NCBI GenBank assembly: GCA_965248925.1
Contig: CBDFLE010000006.1
Coordinates: 1,440,001-1,504,000, forward strand
DNA: 64,000 nucleotides
Source of the DNA: Candidatus Multivoradales bacterium
Lineage (GTDB): Bacteria > Acidobacteriota > Thermoanaerobaculia > Multivoradales > J023
Direction of reading: 5' to 3'
Part shown: in pieces, positions 60,374-64,000 of the stretch
How the letters are laid out: every line of letters begins with the position of its first letter
Numbering within the stretch: position 1 is the first letter of the stretch
Program-made: the position numbers and the translations under genes
Notes under the pieces: generated by a model
The model's database searches: none
Told to the model about the DNA's origin: nothing
What the model saw: the letters and a program-made list of their open reading frames with translations, nothing else

Positions 60374-62665
60374 ATGAGCAACTTACCGTTCTCCAGTCTG
60401 GCGAAACGCCTGGAGCAGCTCGAATTCCGGCTGCTCGGTGAAGAAGGCTCGACTGCCTTCGCCGAGCTGGGGCCACCCGCGAGCCTCGAACGGCTCTTCG
60501 GCCTCGAGCTGCGCCTGTTACTGCGACGCGGGCCGGGGGCGCGGCCCACCCCGGCAGACTTGGTGGCCACCGCTGCCAGCGCCGCCGCTGAAGGCGCTCT
60601 GCCTTTGGCCGCCACGGGCAGGCTGCGCCAGTTTCTCGATCTCCAGGGAGTTCTGCTGAAGCGGGCCGATGCCTGGCAGGGCCCACTGTGGTGGCAGCCG
60701 CTGCCGGCTCCGACAGCGCTCGAAGAACTCAGTCGGGAGCTTCAAGAAGCGTTACAAATTCCAACCGGCGAGCCGCTCGCCGAGACCCTCTCGGCCAGCG
60801 GGGAGGGCTGGTGGACGACCAACACCCTACTCAGGCCGACCTATGTCAGCCAGCTGGCGACCGAACTTGAAGGCGCTTTCCAAGGTGGCCAGCTGCCCCT
60901 GGAACGGGCTGGGGTCGGCAGCGACGGCCTGACCTCGACGGCTCGCTCTGACCAAGTCGCCTACCTCGATGGCACTGAACCCGAGTTGCTGGCGGTGGCG
61001 CCCCGTGCCGCGGCGCTGATCCAAAGTGTTCTGGTGGAGTTCGCCGAGGTACTGGATATTGGCGGCAGAGGGCAAGTCGCGCTAGCGCCGGAGCGTGCCA
61101 TGCTGGCCCGTTATCCCGCTCCTTCAGGAGGTTTCAGACCCCACCTGGACAATCCCGGAGGGGAACACGACAACGGCCGTAGCAGAACCCTGGTGCTCTA
61201 CCTCAATCCCGCCAACGCCCTCTGCCAGGGCGGCGAGCTGGCCTTGTGGTCGGCCGGCACCGCGACCACCGCAGAACCGGTGGCGGTGCTCAAACCACGG
61301 CCGGGCTGGGCGGCGCTATTTGATTCACGGAAGATCCCCCACCAAGTCCGAGCCCTACGCCCCGGCCCTCCCAGATGGGCCTTGACCCTGTGGTTCAATG
61401 ATCACCTGTCCGGCACAGCGTCCACCCCAGCGCTACCCAAACTCGACCTCACCGATCTGCTGCTGCTGATCAGCTCACCACCACTGCCGGCCGATAGGGT
61501 GCTCTTCCACCAACTCGACGACCGCGATCCACGGGGCCAGCTGACCGTGGTGCGGGCACCAGTATCGGCGGCGGCTCGGCGCTCACGATTCGGGGTGGTC
61601 AGTACGGTCTACCGCTGTGGCGCGGCACTGGCCGACTGGTGCGATCATCACCTGGCCCTCGGCGCGGCCCATCTGCTGCTGATTTTCGATCACCTGGAAC
61701 AACCGGCCGAGGCTGCCTTGGCCACTGCACTGCAAGGCCGTTGGCCGCGCGAACAGCTGCAAGTGTGGTCTGGCGGCGACCTGCTGGCCAGCGGCTGGCC
61801 GGCCCTCGATCCCACCCCGGAGCACCAGCAGCTACGCCGCCTGGCGACCGGTGGCCCCAGCTCCTACGCGGTGGCCGCACGGCAGACCCTCAACGCCTCG
61901 ACGGCATTGGAGGCGGCGCGAGGTGAACAACTCGGCGGCACGCCCCTCGACTGGCTGCTGCACCTTGACGGCGACGAGCTGTTGTATTTGCAAGGCAGAG
62001 GTCGCGGCGGCGCAGACCTGACGCAGCACTTGGCAGCCGCTGAGCAAGCTGGCTGGTCACTCTTGCGCTATCTCAACCATGAGTTGCTGAGCAGCCCCCA
62101 GGGGCCTTCGCCACGATTCAAGATCCACCCCCGAGTGGCAGCGACTATACTCGGCAGCGGCGGCTGGAAACACCTGGAACGACATCTGAAGATGTCCGCC
62201 GACGATCACCGGCCCTATTTCAACAGCTACCGCAATGGCAAAGCGGCGGTACGAGTGACCGCCGCCCGGGCTGCCGCGGGCGTACACAGCTGGTCGCCGC
62301 AGCAGCCGACCCGCAGCGCCAGCCACTGGTTGGCCGGGCCATCGGTGCTGCACTGCTATTGCCCCACAGCAGCCGAGTTCGCCGCCAAATACCGTTCCAA
62401 GGCCAACGCGCCGCCGCTCGCCGAACGCCCTTTCGAGCCTTCGGCAGCTGAAGTCGCGGCATTAGAGACTCTGCACCAGCTCGAAACCAGCGCCGCCAGC
62501 GAATCGCAGGTCGAGGCTGCGCTCACGGCTCTCCACCACCGACTGAGCGAATTCAACGCTAGCGAGCTCGAGCTGCTGGACGAAGCCGGCTTGCTCTTCA
62601 CTTGCGACTCGCCAACCGCCGAACGATTCGCTAGCCGCCTGCTCGATGCCAACGTGGCCGAATAA
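60374..62665 (+). CDS. Fusion of a PHD/EGLN-like 2OG-Fe(II) oxygenase and a GT-A (KOBITO1/GT92-like) glycosyltransferase domain
   Basis: RSDQVAYLDG, FRPHLDNP..GRSRTLVLYLN, GGEL, PHQV, RWALTLWF; then DWCDHHLALG, RQTLNA, DWLLHLDGDELL, YRNGKAAVRV. Confidence 0.78.
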   Translation: MSNLPFSSLAKRLEQLEFRLLGEEGSTAFAELGPPASLERLFGLELRLLLRRGPGARPTPADLVATAASAAAEGALPLAATGRLRQFLDLQGVLLKRADAWQGPLWWQPLPAPTALEELSRELQEALQIPTGEPLAETLSASGEGWWTTNTLLRPTYVSQLATELEGAFQGGQLPLERAGVGSDGLTSTARSDQVAYLDGTEPELLAVAPRAAALIQSVLVEFAEVLDIGGRGQVALAPERAMLARYPAPSGGFRPHLDNPGGEHDNGRSRTLVLYLNPANALCQGGELALWSAGTATTAEPVAVLKPRPGWAALFDSRKIPHQVRALRPGPPRWALTLWFNDHLSGTASTPALPKLDLTDLLLLISSPPLPADRVLFHQLDDRDPRGQLTVVRAPVSAAARRSRFGVVSTVYRCGAALADWCDHHLALGAAHLLLIFDHLEQPAEAALATALQGRWPREQLQVWSGGDLLASGWPALDPTPEHQQLRRLATGGPSSYAVAARQTLNASTALEAARGEQLGGTPLDWLLHLDGDELLYLQGRGRGGADLTQHLAAAEQAGWSLLRYLNHELLSSPQGPSPRFKIHPRVAATILGSGGWKHLERHLKMSADDHRPYFNSYRNGKAAVRVTAARAAAGVHSWSPQQPTRSASHWLAGPSVLHCYCPTAAEFAAKYRSKANAPPLAERPFEPSAAEVAALETLHQLETSAASESQVEAALTALHHRLSEFNASELELLDEAGLLFTCDSPTAERFASRLLDANVAE

Positions 62666-62786
62666 CATCTGATACGCGCCACTTGAACATATAGGGATTT
62701 CAGAATACACTGAGCATTCTTATTTTGACTCTTGTAGACAGACTCCGAGTCTGTTGATCATCCGATTCGCGAGTAGGAGAAGAAGC

Positions 62787-64000
62787 ATGCCGGACGATCC
62801 TTCCGCCACCCCGAGTTCCGGCGCGCGACGCCAGCTGTTGCAGGGAGTAGCAGCCACCGCCGCCGTCATCGCCACGACTGCTTCAAGCGCCGCCGCCAAG
62901 TCCGCTGAAGCACCCACCAGCAACATGCGGCCGAGCAGCGCCCACCGTCGCCGTGCGCGCCTAGCGCGGCCGGAAGCGCCGGGAAAAGGGTTGCCGGCAC
63001 TGCCAAACTTGAGTCTGATTGCACTCAACCGGATGGGTTTTGGTCCACGGCAGGGAGATGTGGCGGCCTTCAATGCGCTGGGAGGAGATCCGGACTCCAG
63101 GCTGACCGCCTACGTCGATCAGCAACTCGAACCCAATTCGATCGCCGATCCGGAAGTCAACATCCGCTTCTCCGCCGCCGGCTTCCAGACCCTGAACAAG
63201 AGTCGCACGCAGCTGTGGGCCGACCACAACGTCAACAACGATCAGGGCAGTAGCTACCGCTCCCTACCCCGCGATGAGGTCGAGGCGGCAACCATCATCC
63301 GCGCCGTCTACAGCCAGCGCCAACTGCTCGAAGTGATCACCGGCTTCTGGCACGACCACTTCAGCGTCGACGCCAACGACTATTGGGTGCGACCGGTATT
63401 CTCCTACTACGACCGCGAGGTGATTCGCGCCAATGCCTTTGGCAACTTCCGGGACATGCTCGAACTGGTCGCCCGCAGCACCTCGATGCTCTACTACCTG
63501 GACAACTACACCAGCAGCAACTCGGGACCGAACGAGAACTACTCGCGGGAGCTCTTCGAGCTCCACACCCTGGGGGCCGAGAACTATCTTGGCGTCATAC
63601 CACAACAGGACGTGCCCACCGATGGCGATGGTTTTCCCTTGGGCTATGTCGATGGCGATATTTTCGAGACCACCCGCTGCCTCACCGGCTGGACGGTGAA
63701 CAACTCTTCCACCTTTGGCAACACTGGCGACTTCCTCTATCGCAACGACTGGCACGACCGCTTCCAGAAGTTCGTTCTCGGCGACTTCCTGCCCCAGGAT
63801 CAACCCGATCTGAAAGACGGTCGCGACGTGCTCGACAAGTTGGCGGCCCATCCCGGCACCGGCCGCTTCATCGCCCGCAAGCTGTGTCGCAAGTTGATCG
63901 CCGACGACCCACCACAGTCGATCATCGACCAGGCAGCGACTCTCTTCACCGCCCAGAAAGACGCCCCCGATCAGCTCAAACAGGTGATTCGCCTCATCCT
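62787..64000 (+). CDS. DUF1800-family protein with Tat-like signal (runs off the window end)
   Basis: AGGAG RBS, ARRQLLQG, LNRMGFG, RQLLEVITGFWHDHFSV, MLYYLDN, PNENYSRELFELHTLG. Confidence 0.9.
   Translation, partial: MPDDPSATPSSGARRQLLQGVAATAAVIATTASSAAAKSAEAPTSNMRPSSAHRRRARLARPEAPGKGLPALPNLSLIALNRMGFGPRQGDVAAFNALGGDPDSRLTAYVDQQLEPNSIADPEVNIRFSAAGFQTLNKSRTQLWADHNVNNDQGSSYRSLPRDEVEAATIIRAVYSQRQLLEVITGFWHDHFSVDANDYWVRPVFSYYDREVIRANAFGNFRDMLELVARSTSMLYYLDNYTSSNSGPNENYSRELFELHTLGAENYLGVIPQQDVPTDGDGFPLGYVDGDIFETTRCLTGWTVNNSSTFGNTGDFLYRNDWHDRFQKFVLGDFLPQDQPDLKDGRDVLDKLAAHPGTGRFIARKLCRKLIADDPPQSIIDQAATLFTAQKDAPDQLKQVIRLI

Overview
This GC-rich (roughly 60-65%) bacterial window most resembles an Acidobacteriota genome; that assignment is an inference from the Oar-type TonB receptor, DUF1800, MglA and gene order. 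Bases 1-34 kb are mostly core genes: alaS (partial), recX, pilT, rsmE-prmA-dnaJ-dnaK-grpE-hrcA, mglA-like-nrdR-lon-thiL, a large sigma-54 activator, aroA-lpxH-apbC-plsC and a UDP-sugar cluster. A patatin/paraoxonase gene pair lies among them. Bases 34.3-49.4 kb form a plastic region containing a broken S8 protease with 8 Ig-like repeats, a collapsed RND/TPR fragment mosaic, a complete 2.5-kb IS (TIRs plus 5-bp TSD), a duplicated AbrB-VapC module and a duplicated 3' end of a ClpX-like gene. Bases 49.5-64 kb hold TPR proteins, a hydrolase, proBA, a TonB receptor, a Phd-VapC pair, a 2OG-oxygenase/glycosyltransferase fusion and DUF1800. The best candidates for undescribed biology are four: (1) a promoter, 36-codon leader ORF and terminator/antiterminator in front of proBA, suggesting ribosome-mediated attenuation; (2) a PHD/EGLN-type prolyl hydroxylase fused to a KOBITO1/GT-A-like glycosyltransferase; (3) a fixed 18-bp motif marking three different rearrangement junctions around the TA cassettes; and (4) an IS whose 21-bp upstream palindrome is repeated twice inside its own transposase gene. 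All family assignments come from motif recognition by eye; no database search was run.
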